Notes under the pieces: generated by a model
Seen by the model: the letters and a program-made list of their open reading frames with translations, nothing else
Databases searched by the model: none
What the model was told of the DNA's origin: nothing
Shown here: in pieces, positions 50,201-63,643 of the stretch
How positions within the stretch are numbered: position 1 is the first letter of the stretch
How the letters are laid out: the number at the start of each line of letters is the position of its first letter
Translations under genes and position numbers: made by a program
Source of the DNA: Camelus ferus
Taxonomy: Eukaryota
Assembly (NCBI RefSeq): GCF_009834535.1
Contig: NC_045707.1
Span: 57,724,001 to 57,788,000, forward strand
DNA: 64,000 nt
Direction of reading: 5' to 3'

Positions 50201-53200
50201 GGTGAGTGTATAGCTCAGTGGTAGAGCACATGCTTAGCACACACGAGGTCCTGGGTTCAATCCCCAGTAACTCCATTAAAAAAAATTAATAAGTAAACCT
50301 AATTACCACCCCACAAAATAAAAAATACAAACTACACTACATACATATATATGGGGAGGTACTAGCTCCAACTCGGTTTTACAGTGAAAACTGCAGGAAC
50401 TTCAAACCAGTACTAGGAAACAGACTGAGAAACCAGAGTAAGTGTTTCTCCTGCAACCCGTTCCCTTTGTGCTAGATGAACGAACGTCTCTCATTGCAAT
50501 ATGATTCTACTCCTATATTGCATACCTACAAGAGTCTAGACTCTTAAGAAAAGCAGGAGGAAAAAGATGCTGAGCATAAAAATATAAACTTCCTTAGATT
50601 ATGGAGACTAAATTTCACTCCTTGAGTTCTTGATGCAATGACTAATGGATACACATTAGTTTACATTTAATTCAAAGAATACTGAATGGAAAATTGCTTA
50701 TTTCTAACGAGCAGACATTTAAATTAGTGTGGTATCTAAGAACCCCAGTAATAGAAAATGCATAAGTGGTGCTCTATTACCCACAAAAGTCACAACACCT
50801 GATGTTGAACTTTTTGTTTGTTGTGGGTGGGGAAGTATGTGTTGGATTTGACTTTTCACACCTCATGTAAATGAGGACTGTCATTCTAGCCCTGCACTGA
50901 TGAGAAGACATCATGGGTCAACATCCGCCCTCTCCTAAAACTTTTCCTGGTGACGTTCCAGAATATCGTGAGTGGTTGAGAAGCAGGCTGTGGAGTGCAA
51001 TCCCATACCTCATAAGAGGTATGACTTGGATGAGCTACCTGGCCTCTCTAAACTGAAAATCAGGATAAATGCAGAACTGATCATTGGAATTTTATGAGAA
51101 ATAAATAGTGTGTAGAGTTCCTGATTTATAAGCTGTTATCATGTTCAATAGTATATAATTATGTTTCATCAAAATTTAATACATTTTAACATTCTTTTCA
51201 GTATGACTAACAGCTCTAAATAGAACTATTCTTATATGTTTTGGGGTTTTAAAATCTTCATGAAAGAAGTACAGAAATCTCCCTTGAGGGGCAGGATAAT
51301 TTGTATCTAAGAATCCAACCCTACACAATGGCATCATTAACCTGAATCGTGTTGTAACCTTTTCCCTGAAAGCTTCTCTAAACAATTTTAAAATCACTGT
51401 CTAGGCCAAGTTTCCTAAAACTTCTATTTTTATCTTGACGTGAATTCATAAACACTTAATAAATAAGTTCATAAATACACAGATGAAAATGGTTTCATGA
51501 ATACCCTTCTATTCTATTTCAGTCCTTAAAATCATTAAAAAGTACTGTGAAATAAATCTTTAAAATTCAAATACATTTAAAATATATTGGTTGCACATAA
51601 TTTTATCACGGTAATTATGGGAAGTTTTATATATATGATTTAAATATAATTCATTAAATTGGTATTTTTCAACTGTATTATACCTATCCATAGGTTTGTT
51701 CAAATAGGTTTGGAAAATCTCACACTCTTTATATCCTTATGGGAGTCACAGTGCCATTCTTGTCATAACCTACTTTGTGTAGTTCAGCCTGTTCAATGCA
51801 TTTGACCATTGGGCACTTTTAAACTTAAAACTTATTAAGGTTCTATGCAATACCTTTTAAGAAATGCAGCAATAAAGACATTTCTAATATTTAAGTTAAA
51901 ATTCATCTAAATTGAAAACACTTACTCATACTCCAAAAGATAAAGACTAAATGACAAATAATCCACCACCTGATATAAAAACATTTAAATAATATATATT
52001 ATAAAATTTGTTTCTCTCCTCGCACCATAGGAACTAAATTTTATGAGAAAAATCAGAGTCACCACAAGCAATTAAAATGAATCAAATTAATGCATGTGCT
52101 CACTTACAGATCTTGCAACAGCCTTCATTATACAGTTTTACAATCCCTTCATTCTAGGAGGAAAGAAGAATAATGTTAAAACTCAGTGTTTATTTATTTT
52201 CTCTCAAACTGGAAGTAGAGAACTAACTCATTCTCTCAATATTTTTACTAAACATCAGAAGACTTTATAGGAAAGTGATTAGAATTGAACCACCTCTGTT
52301 ATGAAATTTTTGTTTTTAAAATTAGGAGCAGATGTTTTGCTTAAAACGTGTTACTTCTTCATTAGCAATATGAAAAGGAGTGCATAAAGATTAACTTACT
52401 TAAAAGAACATATTTTAAATACCACACACACAAAAATCTTACCAGATCAAAGTACTCATAGGTACTCTAAATAGAGGCCATTATGTTTTTTAAACTCCTT
52501 AAAATAATCTAAACTACTTTTTGAGACTAGACTGAGCTCCTGAATATAATTTAATGTTAAAATGATGTCTCTTTTTTGTTAATATTTTAAAAGTATTTTA
52601 TTAAAAAAAAATTTTTTTAGTTGAAGTATAGTCAGTTTACAATGTAGTATCAATTTCTGGTAGACAGCATATTAGTAAAAAATATTCCCCACTTCAGGAT
52701 GTTTCCTGCCAAAGGCTAAATTAAGAAAACTTCATTGATTATCTTTTGGAATTCTTACAGTAAATTGCTAATTGCTTTTAGTAAGTTGCTAATTGTAATT
52801 CAAATAAAAGAATAATTTACTCTATAGAAGTGAATCTGTGAAGTAAGATGATGCTTAAGATTCTTTCAATAGCTGGAATTCTGTTACTTTAGTACAAATT
52901 GTACCTCGCTAGCCAGCCAGCTAGCTAACCATCATCACTAAAAGGGCACATCTTGAAAAAAAAAAAAAAATCAATGAAACTGTGCTATTTCTCTACACTT
53001 ACAGAAAAATATTGGCTCAGACCAGAGAACAAAGCTTACTTTTCATTAGGGATTGTTATCTCCTGAATAATTAAAGCTACAAAGAAACTTTTTAAAACAC
53101 TGTGTGACTTTCAAAAATCTAGTCTCCCACTGGACTCTTCTCTGAAGGAACAGGGAATTGGAAAAGCAAAACCAAGGCATCAGCAATTCTGGGGCATGTC

Positions 53201-56200
53201 CTGAGTTTCAGAGTGGTCTGTGCTCAAAGAAGCTAAGACAAATTCCACCTAGGCCAGCAGGCATTAACAAGCGAATGACATCATAAATCTGTTGTGTGTT
53301 TAAGAAAGAGAAATTTGACCAAGTTCTGATCCATTAGTTTATTAATTCATATTGAAAGAGAGGCAAAATTGGCTGATCAAAATATTTTCAATAATCCTTT
53401 GGTCTGGATCTTAAAAACTCAGAGATGGCATCATGTCCATTCAGGGAAAGTCAAAATTATTTAGAACACCATATATAACTCAAAATGGCAAAGTGAGGAA
53501 ATATAATAGACCTTCTATGTATACGTGAAAATAAAACATTCACCAAAATAAATTAGCCACAATGTATGTATGTATGACCTTGGAGCACATATTAATGTGT
53601 ATTTTCTAAATTATATTTAATACTAAATTTTCTCAGCTATAACGAAGTACAAACCATTTTGCATTCAGTCTCATTAAAAGGGGGGCAGACCATACTGTAC
53701 TTCAGAATCATCGTCCCTTCGTCAGTCTTAACACATTCAAATGTGGTACAATTGTAGTGCCAGATACTCCCCTCCTAAAAGTAAAAGAGAAAGTTACTGT
53801 CTGCTTACGAAAATCTGCTTTATTTCTTAAGTAGCACGTTTCCTATCCTGCTGAATCAAAACTCAAGTCAAGGGGAAAAGAGCTTCTTGTGACATAAAAT
53901 GTCCATCTGGGAATGTCCCCAGACTTGTCTGCAATGAATAAAAATACACATATGTAGTGGGGGGAGCAGGTTATGTTTGGCTTCATATGAGAACTGAGAT
54001 GTAAATGTGAAATAAGGCAATAGAGAGAAGAGAAGCAAAGGGGTATTTTTTCTACTACAAAATTAATTACCTGATTTGGCCAAATGTCGAAGGTCTTGCT
54101 CTCATAATTCCTCACTAATTATAAAACAACAAATCGTATTACATAGTACACCTCCTCTCATGCAGCTTGTTTATTTTTCCTTCTACTCCCTTATCACCAA
54201 AAAATTTAAAAATCTTTGGGTGTTCATGATTACTGACTTACAGTTCTAGTTTTCTATACTTTCTGCTTTTTTTAAAACCTATCCCTCTTCTTTTTTTAAC
54301 AAATTCTAAAACATAGTTACTGTTTATTTCATTCCTGATTTCAGAATTCTTATAATTGTTGATCTATATTTTTATCTTATAACCTGCATTTTAAAATGCT
54401 AGTCAAACTCTGACTTGAAGATTCCTTGTGGACCAGTAAAGAATTTTAACAAAGTTTTTTCCCTCTAGATTCTATTTTAATTTGTAAATATCTTCAGGTC
54501 TTCTATGAACCTTAGTTGGAAAAGATCTACAAGTCCAGGTCTAAAGAAAGATGAAACAGTCAAATTCAAATATTAATTCTAGTATTCAATTCAAATAGTA
54601 ATATCTAATTTTTCTGAGATCAAAAATTAGAATTGGATTTTTAGATCACTAAAGCTTATCTTTGAAAGAGGCAAGAGTTAAAAATTTTGATGTGTATTTA
54701 CCTATATTGCATTATTTGTTGTGTTCTCAAATAATACTCCAAACTTTTAAATCTTTTATTGAATGTCAGGGCAATCACTGTTAATTCTGACTATATGTAT
54801 CAATAGTTTCTGGACTACTGACACCTATGGAGTTTATGTTGCTTTTTTGTAAAAATTCCCAAGTTAATGTATATTTTCAAGTAGTTTCATTCCTTTTTTA
54901 TTGCTGACACCTATGTCTCCTCAACATTTTATCAGCTACCTTTTTGCAAGGCTCCTTCTTTAGAAAAATATACTATAAAACAAAAGTATTGCTAGGATTA
55001 AACCGGTAAACAAAATCAACAACACTATTTAAATCAATAACACCATTTTGCACATAATTGTAAAACAACAGACTTGGAACAACAAAGTAGCTGTTCATTT
55101 TACTTATTCAATAAAATGCATGGGATTGGAGAAATCTGTTTTTCTTTTGGGTATGTGAGTAATCCTGTGTAATTAAAAACACGACAAAGAGACCTCCCTA
55201 TAATTAAGTTATTAATGGAAAAAACTTAAGGTTAGTAATAACCAATTGGAACTACCTTCAGGTAATATAAATTATAAACAGAATTTCTGACCCTCCTAAA
55301 TCTGATGACATCACTAAAAACTGTACTAAAATTACATAGTTCACTTCTTCTATTCTAGGAAAGGAAAAGAGTGAGTCAGTCTATAAATCTCCACAGAGTT
55401 ATTATAAGGGAAGAATTCTGAATAATTTATTGTTTTGCTGGAAAGTATTCATGAATCTTGGGATCTTCTTTTTAAGTTTTTTTAAAAAAATATCTATTCT
55501 CATGTTTACCCACTGAAATCTTCAATATCTGAAATAATGAAGTGCTAACATCTTGAGTTTCAGATTTCTATTAAAATGCTTCATTTTAAATGAGTGAATA
55601 AAATAATATCATTCTTTTCCTTTGTTCTAATGATTAGAAATCAGCATTTCTCAAAGCCCATTCTCACATCTGGGGAAAAAAGTGAGGCTCTATGACAAAA
55701 TAACTTCGTGAAACATGCTCCTTTACAAAAGGAATCAGATACTTTAAAATATAACTATGTCTTGTGTATTGTAAGTGTGCTCTGTATGGGCATGTTTGTT
55801 GTATGGAGGACTCTGTGTGTGTGTGTGTACGTGCGCGTGTGTGACATTTTTCAGATTTATTTGAACATCTTCTTCAGAAAATAGCAGAGAGCAGCCCTCC
55901 AAGGGACATATCTTAGGAACTAAGGAATATATACCTCATGTATAACTGATGTTCCATTTTCCATTTGAAATTTGCAGGATACATTTTTGCAGGTACCACA
56001 ACAATCATAGTCACTTGGAGATGGAGTGTATACCTGGTGCTGTGTGTAATAAAAATAACAATAATGTGAATTAATCAGCAACAGTACTAATATTTTAATT
56101 AGTTAGCTCTGAAAGTGCTTCCCAGTATAACTAGCTGCTCTCTCAGAACACCTGTAAGCATTTCTAAGGTTGAATTTGAGGCACTTCAGATAATAATTGA

Positions 56201-59200
56201 ATTTATAGAGCTGTATTAGAAGTGAAGTAGATGTCAACCTTTACATTTAACAGCCAAGATTCATCAAGCAGGTCTAACAAGCTCAGTTCAAGCAAGCAGT
56301 ACAGATAATAAGACCCCTGAAGCTCAAGGTTATGCACAGGAAAAGGACACAGCATTATATAGACAGATATATTACACAATAATATATTATTGAAGAACTA
56401 TTCAAGTGTCTGTTTTTAACTTCGGGAGTATTCATTTGTTCAAATTCTATAGCTGCCATTTTAAGATTAATTAACTCTCACCAGAATGACTTATAAAGAA
56501 TACTTACAACATCACATTCTTTTGAACAATTCACCATTGTAAAATTCAAAGTGCGGAAGCCTGTATGCTCATCTTTTTCTTCCAGACACTCTACTGTGTA
56601 ACAGAAGTCCCCTTCCACATACTTTATCATAGATTGGCCAGGACTCAATACTGACACTTCTTGCAATACACACACATCATCCTTTTCTAAGAAAAGAAAA
56701 TGGTCAACAAAAAGTACTATATTTAATCAATCAATGGAAAATTTAAGTCTATGTTTTTATTGTGATGTGCAATTTTTTCAAAAGCAACAAAGATCTTTAC
56801 CTTTATGTATTGTTAATAGCTCAAGAATTTACTTAATAATGAATGTAGATTTATTCCTTAACATATACAATAAGAAATTGATCTGTAAATGCTATTTATT
56901 GTTTGAGCTTCCTCTAGAGCAGATTTAGAGTAGATTCCAGAATTTTAGCCCAAAGTGATCATCAAGATACTTGCTGTTCTGTCTTCTGGAAACATAACAT
57001 GACGATTTAGGGGAGTGGATATAGATGGAGGCAAAATCTAGATCAATAGAAGTAAGTCTCTTCCTGATGGGACTGTGAAACATTTCATGTTTTTTAACTG
57101 CTATTTTGAGAGAAATTTTTCAATTTTATTGTGTTGCAAAATAAATAGTCATATAAATCATACTTCATGGTGAAGGTAGCTGAAATAATGTACTATCATA
57201 TCTTTAAAAGTAGCTTAGGGTTGTCTTGGGCTAGAGTAGTGATGAAGGATTCAGCTCGGCAGCTCTTTGTGCCTTGTCAACCCTGAATTTAACTCTTCTC
57301 TCATATAAAAATATAAAAGTTTCAAGCTATTGAACAAGAGTTGTATTTTCTATTAACCTACTAATACTTAATATGATGATTTGTTATTTCATAGAAAAGT
57401 CAGCTTTATGCATTGCAACGTTAACATCAATAAAAATAAAACAGTGAGCAAAAATCTGACACTTTAAGGTTATCTACTTTTAAATTAAATTATATATACT
57501 AACAAGAACCCTACATCAACTTTAAATCCTGTGAAGCCTCTGAAAACAGTCATTTCTGGTCCTATTATCAAATTTCTCACAACATTGAGGAATATTACAA
57601 AAGAGAAAGCTGAAAATAGTACCTTTTTGTACTCAAAAACTAGCAAATGGCTTAAAATGTGTAATACATCTCAAAAATTATTTTTAATTTATTAATAGTA
57701 AACAACAGATACCAATAATATTCATTATCATTTAAAAGTTTCAAAAAGCATAGTTACCACAGAGATACTGTACACATCCACAGTCACTCTGAAAGTTACG
57801 GTCTATTGCAGTAAATTCTCCCTATCAGAAAGATATTATCGTTATTATATGACTTGTCACATGACTTATTATGACCATTATAAAAAAACACACAATATGA
57901 CATCCAACAAATTTCCTACCCCACAGTCACAAAGGATGTGCATTATAAAGATTAGACAAGCTTTGATTAACCCAGTGGTCATTTAATTAGTAGCCTATGG
58001 AAAAAACTCAGAATAAACAAAGTGATCATTGACCACTCAATCTCTCTAAACTTTAATTTCCTTATCTATTAAATGAGTGACGATAGATAAGATGACCCTC
58101 ATGGTTTGTCCTAACTTTAAAATTAATATTGTTTGATTCTGAGCTTCTAACACACAATTAGAGGTAAGAGAATGCTTGCTAACCCTAGAAACTTCTCTTA
58201 ATGGAAATGTTCTTGATCTGCTCTACAGAGGTGGTCCAGGACTCTGCTGTCTGCCTTAGAGCAGGGCTGCTATAGCATATAAAACAAGAACAGAACAGTG
58301 TGCTACAGTGATTAATGGCACAGACTCAGGAACAGCCCTGCCCTTGTGCCAGCCTTGCTCTGCTCCTCACTGGCTGTGTGATCTAGGGCGGGTTACTTAG
58401 CCAGTCTGCTCTTCACTTTCCTCATCTGTAAAATGGAGACAGTGATACTGTCTGCCTCTTAGAATTTGTTGAGAGAAATAAATGAGTCAATGTATGTAAA
58501 GAGCTTAAAATAAACTGACCTATGGAAAGTGCAATATAACCTTTAGCTGTTAGTAAATTACAGTCACGACCAATGCTTAAACTTTCCCCGATGGTATAGG
58601 GTACTCCCAAGTGTAGCACCAGGCTTAAAGTTTTAAGAGCTGTATTTTAAACATCAACTTTTCCTGGGTGCATTTAATTTTCATAGGACATCAGTAATAA
58701 AAACTAATTTGATTCTTGACAGAAAAAACAACTAAAATAAATCCATCATAATACAAAAAAGACACTTTTCCCCATAAGCTATTAATATCGTACTTTTTTG
58801 TAGTGCTTTATGAGTTGTAAAGTAGTTTCATAAGCATCAATGCACTTGATGTTTTACAACTTTTGATCATCACACAATTCCAATGGGATTGGAAATAAAA
58901 TGTGAGCAATACAGAGTTAAAAAACAATAAATCAAATTTTCCCACTGCATCAAACTACTTCAGAAGGTTGGATGAGGAGGTCTCAGGCTGTCACTAACTC
59001 TTTTATGTCACTTACCCACCTGTTTTTTAAGTTAGAGCCATGATGCCTACTGTGTCCTCTCAAGCTTTGGCTTAAATCTTCTATTCTTCCTTCTAAAATT
59101 GTTTCATTTGAGATCTTATTCACATATTTAGTTATACTTTTATTCTCATAAGTACCTAATTTCACCCAGAGAAAATAACTCCTTGATTGTTCAACTAATA

Positions 59201-62200
59201 CTTAATATAACACCAAATATGATGGTATTTTTTTTAACTCTCAAGCAAGCATCCTTTTCCTTTAAAGTCAGTAGAAAAATTACCTCAAGCTGTTTCCACT
59301 TTTTAGCTGTTATGAATAGTGCTGCTATGAACATTCATGCACAAGCTTTTGGGTGGACATATGTTTTCATTTCTTGTGGATATATATACTAGGAGTGGAA
59401 TTGCTGGGTCATATGGTAACTATATATTTAAACTTTTGAGTAACTATCAAGCTGTTTTTCAAAGCAGCTGTACCATTTGACATTCCCACCAGCAATTTTC
59501 AGAAATTGGAGGGTTCCAGTTTCTTAACATCCTTGACAACATGTATTATTATCTGTCTTTTCAGTGAGTGTGAAGTGATATCTCACTGTAGTTCTGATTT
59601 TTAACTGATAGCTGATGATGTTAAGGAACTTTTCACATGCTATTAGCCATTGCATACCTTTATTTGGACAAATGTCTAAGTATAGCCATACAATGGACTA
59701 TTATTTAACAATAAAAAGGAATGAAGTACCTTGAAAACCTTACGCTAAGTAAAAGGAATCACAAAGACCACATATTATATGATTTCATTTATATGAAATA
59801 TTCACAATAGGAAAATCCACAGAGATAGAAAGTATATTAGTGATTTCCAAGGGCTAGGAAGTTTGGAAAGAAATAAGAAGTGACTGCTAAAAGGCACAGA
59901 GTTTCTTTTTTGGAGGGGTGATAAAGTTGTTCTAAAATTGATCGTGTTGATGTTGCACAATTCTATGAACATAAGAAAAACCACTGAATTGTACACTTCA
60001 AATGGCTGAATTGTATAGTTTGTGAATCATATTTCAATAAGGTTGTTATTTAAAAAGTAAAACCGCACAGGCCTAACATAGACTCGTTAGATTGAAATGC
60101 ATTAGTTGTCTGTGAATAAACTAATGTTATTTTTAAAAAGATATCATCTTAGACACTGAAACAAATATTTAGCAATCATTCAGAGTGAGTACTCAGGAGC
60201 AATGGGTCAGGTCAATGTCTGTATAGAACCGGGAAATTTAAAACTAAATTGTCTTGCATGGCATTTATGTATATTCAGACAAGACCCTTGGTTTGAGTCC
60301 TGAAGATCTCAATCTATCATTTACTCTCTCCAGACCTCAATTTTCTTATTTATTAAATGGCTAAAAATACCTACGTTGTGAAGATTCAATGAGATAACAT
60401 ACAAAACATGTTATGTAAACTATGAAGAACTTGAGAAAAATACAACAGCATAATTCCACTCTTTTCTGTAGGTGTGCGTACATTGCACACACAAAATAAT
60501 CGAATGAGAGAATTTTTATGAAAGTTCTTTATAAAACTTAAACATTCTATGCAAATCATAGGTGGTAACTCATCAGAGTAGACATTAGATTAAAGCTTTT
60601 GAAAACTACAATTTAACTAATTTATTTAACATGCAAAAAGCTGTGCATAATTGATGTATATAACTTGACAAATTTGGAGGTAAGTATGTATCTGTGAAAG
60701 CATCACCATGCTATAGACCTATCCATTAACTTATTATTATATTGTGATAAGAACACTTAACATGAGGTCTACGTCTTAGCAAATTTTTAAGTCTACCACG
60801 CAGTATTGTTAACTGCAGTCACTTAGCTGTACAACAGCCCTCTAGCACTTGTCCATCCTGCGTAAATGAAACTGTGTACCCTGCTTTTTAAATGACACAG
60901 TGCCATCCTAAGAAGGGTTCTGTTGCATACAGTTACATGCTTATACCTCCTCTTCCCCTAAAACAGATGCATTATTTGTGCACTTTTTTAAAGAATCACT
61001 GGGAAAACCTTTCAATATTGAGATAATAGATTTTCAACATTGTGTTTTAAGACCAGTGAACTTTTAAGTAGACATAAGACTAGTAGATTCAATCACCATT
61101 GGGGAAAAAATAAAGTGTTGCAACTCCTTATCTCAAGTAAAATAAAAATGTTGACTGCTCCCTAATAGCAGAGCAGATTATTTTAATCTACTTCAGTACA
61201 ACTTAATGAGAACAATTTCATTAACTCAGAAGAATTCAGAAATGACAGCAATAAAGGAACTGGAGAATGAACTGATATAAATTACAGTAAATTTCCATCA
61301 AAATATGTTTTCTTACCACTTCACAAGTTGGCATAACAAGGTTTTCACAGCTACATTCTAAAAGGCAAAAATCAACATGTTTATATTGATCAGAATATAT
61401 TAATGCATTGTAAGAAGACTTTAAAATGGGAAAAGTAGTTACCACAATGCCATGTTGGACAACATTGACCAGAGACATTTTCTTTCACAAGTTTCCTATC
61501 TTCTGCACAGTTGAGTAGTGGCGTCGGACAAAGATTTGGCTCACACACTAAATAGAAAAAGTATATGGGTAAAAATTAACTTTTAACTTCACGCAATTGC
61601 TAGTTTTCACTAGCTACCATTTAGTTCACCACCATTACTGGTGGAGTACATGAATTTGGATCTCCCCCGAGCTGCCCCTCCTGCCACCCCACTGCAATGT
61701 GTTGATCAGGACAGAACAAAGGACTCACAAGCAGATACAACAACAGTAGTAGAACTAGGACATCCTCATTGGGTGAAGAGCCCTGGGAAATGGCAGGGGG
61801 CAAGGAGAAAAAGGAAGTAGAGAAGGAATGGAATCACCTGTATATCTGGAAAGTCTAGGATGATGATAAAATCATAGTTAATCTATTTTGGAGAGGTAAT
61901 GGTATTGTCCAAGAAGTGCTCTTAGATGTATGAAACATTACATACATTTAGTATGTTAGAACTCAACTAAGGTCTTACAGGACAGTACAGCTAAGACACA
62001 CTGGGCTTTTAAAACATTAGATACATCTAAATATTTTAATTAGTTAAGATATCCTTACCACAGTAATACTGAGGACAACAGAAGTGTGTAGTATTAAGAT
62101 CCACAGTGAGAAATTCTCCATCAGCACATAGTGGAATAGGTTCAGTGCAAGATTTACAAGCTAAAGGTGAAACGAAAAGGCAGAAGTCACAGCTGAGCTA

Positions 62201-63643
62201 AAAACAAACTAATTGTCAGTTCATATTCCTGTACACATATAAAGTCAAAACAGAATACATTAAGTTTACCAAAATAGGAAACAAGGAAAATAAAGATTTA
62301 ATAGAAAACAGATCTCCTTACTTGGTCATAAAAACAACAATACTATCTGAGTGTATTGTTTTATTCCTCCCCAAGCACAGTGACATAGAAGAACCATCTC
62401 ACCAGAAATGTAGGACACTCAGGAGTAATTTGTTCTTACTAGAATCAAAATACCATGGATTTACTTATTGAAGTTTTCTTAATTCATTACTCTTGATTAC
62501 TCCAATATATGGATGAACAATACAGTAGGTGCCTGTTCTTCTGAGCTCTTCATCATCCCCTTCCCAACTTTGAGAACAACTCTTAATGAGCTTGAGAAAA
62601 TGCCCCACACATGCAGTCTTAGAGTAACTCTTAATAAGGGTACCTCATTCTTCCCAGGCCTCTGTGTAGGAAAAACCCACTTTAGATGAATCAGAATCTC
62701 TTTGTATAGCACTCGAATCATGAATAGAGGCACCAAAACAGGCAATGGATGTTGCTGACTCAATCATTAGTGACTGCCACCTAGAGCAGTGGGTTTCTCT
62801 CTTTTCCAGGGCTTGGCTGTTCTGCTTCGTCTTGATCCTACAAAATCCTGATCCCTCAATCCTCCCAGTAATTGGCTGTGCTTCAGCTAGCCAGAATCAA
62901 TCACTGGTTGCCACCTGCAGTCAAAGAACCTTAACTGGTACAGAAAGAAGTGCTTTGATCTTCACAGGTACATCTGAAACCTACACTAATCACCAGTCTT
63001 TGAAATGATAATTCTTCAATGACATGGAAAAGAGAGAATTATTTATTTTTCAAAGTCCACTTCATCAGACAGAATACACAGCCCCAAATACAGTCACTTC
63101 CCAGGCACCTATCATTTCTACCATTCTCTTTCTAGATCATCATGCTCACACAGGGTATGCAGGAGACGAAGTTTTAAAGAGATACTCTGCTTAGCAGAGT
63201 CCTTTATTTAGTTGCTTCTTCCAGAAAAGCCAGGGCTAAATTTTTCTCCAAAAAGAACTAGGTGCTTGCCTTATTCAAAAAAAAAAACCTTGATGATATT
63301 ATCTTGATCATATTTTGACTGACATAGTCTTTGTCAATAGCAGGAAAGAGTACTAAATGTAATAATGTCAAGAATCATTTAAAATGCTGTACTTTCTTTC
63401 CTACCATTTTTATTCAGTTGAATTGTATGTAAGCAGAGTGTAGGTTACCATGAGTCCCACAAAATTCACATCAAATAAGAGCTTTTCCCTAGATCCTCCC
63501 TCTCCTTCCAAGAAATGATCTCACAGAACACTCACTACAGAGAGGAGAAAAACAGCAAGGCTCTTCCTGTTGAACTTGAATCATGAATTGGTCTTCTCTG
63601 CAGCCTGGCATTGAAATATTTGGGCAATTGAATGGGTCACATT
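47009..63643 (-). CDS. OTOGL: Otogelin-like protein, 3' 11 coding exons (Cys-rich/VWC-like repeats and C-terminal cystine knot); 5'-incomplete
   Basis: 11 exons splice in frame. The terminal peptide [66 protein letters not shown] matches the OTOGL C-terminus as I recall it. Confidence 0.95.
47767..47846 (-). CDS. OTOGL: OTOGL exon ([27 protein letters not shown])
   Basis: ttttatcag| ... |gtaagt; 80 nt, phase 1-0. Confidence 0.92.
50201..50330 (+). mobile_element. tRNA-derived SINE (camelid-type)
   Basis: tatagctcagtggtagagcacatgcttagcacacacgaggtcctgggttcaatccccagt...aaacctaattacc; similar to the 35515 copy. Confidence 0.85.
52108..52153 (-). CDS. OTOGL: OTOGL exon ([15 protein letters not shown])
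   Basis: ttcctcctag| ... |gtaagt; 46 nt, phase 0-1. Confidence 0.9.
53655..53774 (-). CDS. OTOGL: OTOGL exon ([40 protein letters not shown])
   Basis: ttttag| ... |gtttgt; 120 nt, phase 0-0. Confidence 0.9.
55935..56039 (-). CDS. OTOGL: OTOGL exon ([35 protein letters not shown])
   Basis: acacacag| ... |gtatat; 105 nt, phase 0-0. Confidence 0.9.
56508..56686 (-). CDS. OTOGL: OTOGL exon ([17 protein letters not shown]...NCSKECDV)
   Basis: ttttcttag| ... |gtaagt; 179 nt, phase 1-0. Confidence 0.93.
57758..57821 (-). CDS. OTOGL: OTOGL exon ([21 protein letters not shown])
   Basis: tctgatag| ... |gtaact; 64 nt, phase 0-1. Confidence 0.9.
59290..60060. mobile_element. Old L1 (L1MB-like) with inverted halves
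   Basis: 59290-59680 is L1 3' region on minus (gctgctatgaacattc...aggagtggaattgctgggtcatatggtaac); 59680-60060 is L1 3' end on plus. Confidence 0.7.
60605..60880 (-). mobile_element. L1 3' end fragment (L1MA-like)
   Basis: taagaacacttaacatgaggtctac...gcaaattt...gtattgttaact...gtacaacag... Confidence 0.65.
61317..61357 (-). CDS. OTOGL: OTOGL exon ([13 protein letters not shown])
   Basis: ccttttag| ... |gtaaga; 41 nt, phase 1-0. Confidence 0.9.
61443..61547 (-). CDS. OTOGL: OTOGL exon ([34 protein letters not shown])
   Basis: tatttag| ... |gtaact; 105 nt, phase 1-1; 85-nt intron to the next exon. Confidence 0.92.
62059..62160 (-). CDS. OTOGL: OTOGL exon ([33 protein letters not shown])
   Basis: cctttag| ... 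|gtaagg; 102 nt, phase 1-1. Confidence 0.92.
63536..63643 (-). CDS. OTOGL: OTOGL exon ([35 protein letters not shown])
   Basis: ttttggcag| ... |gtgagt; 108 nt, phase 1-1. Confidence 0.92.
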
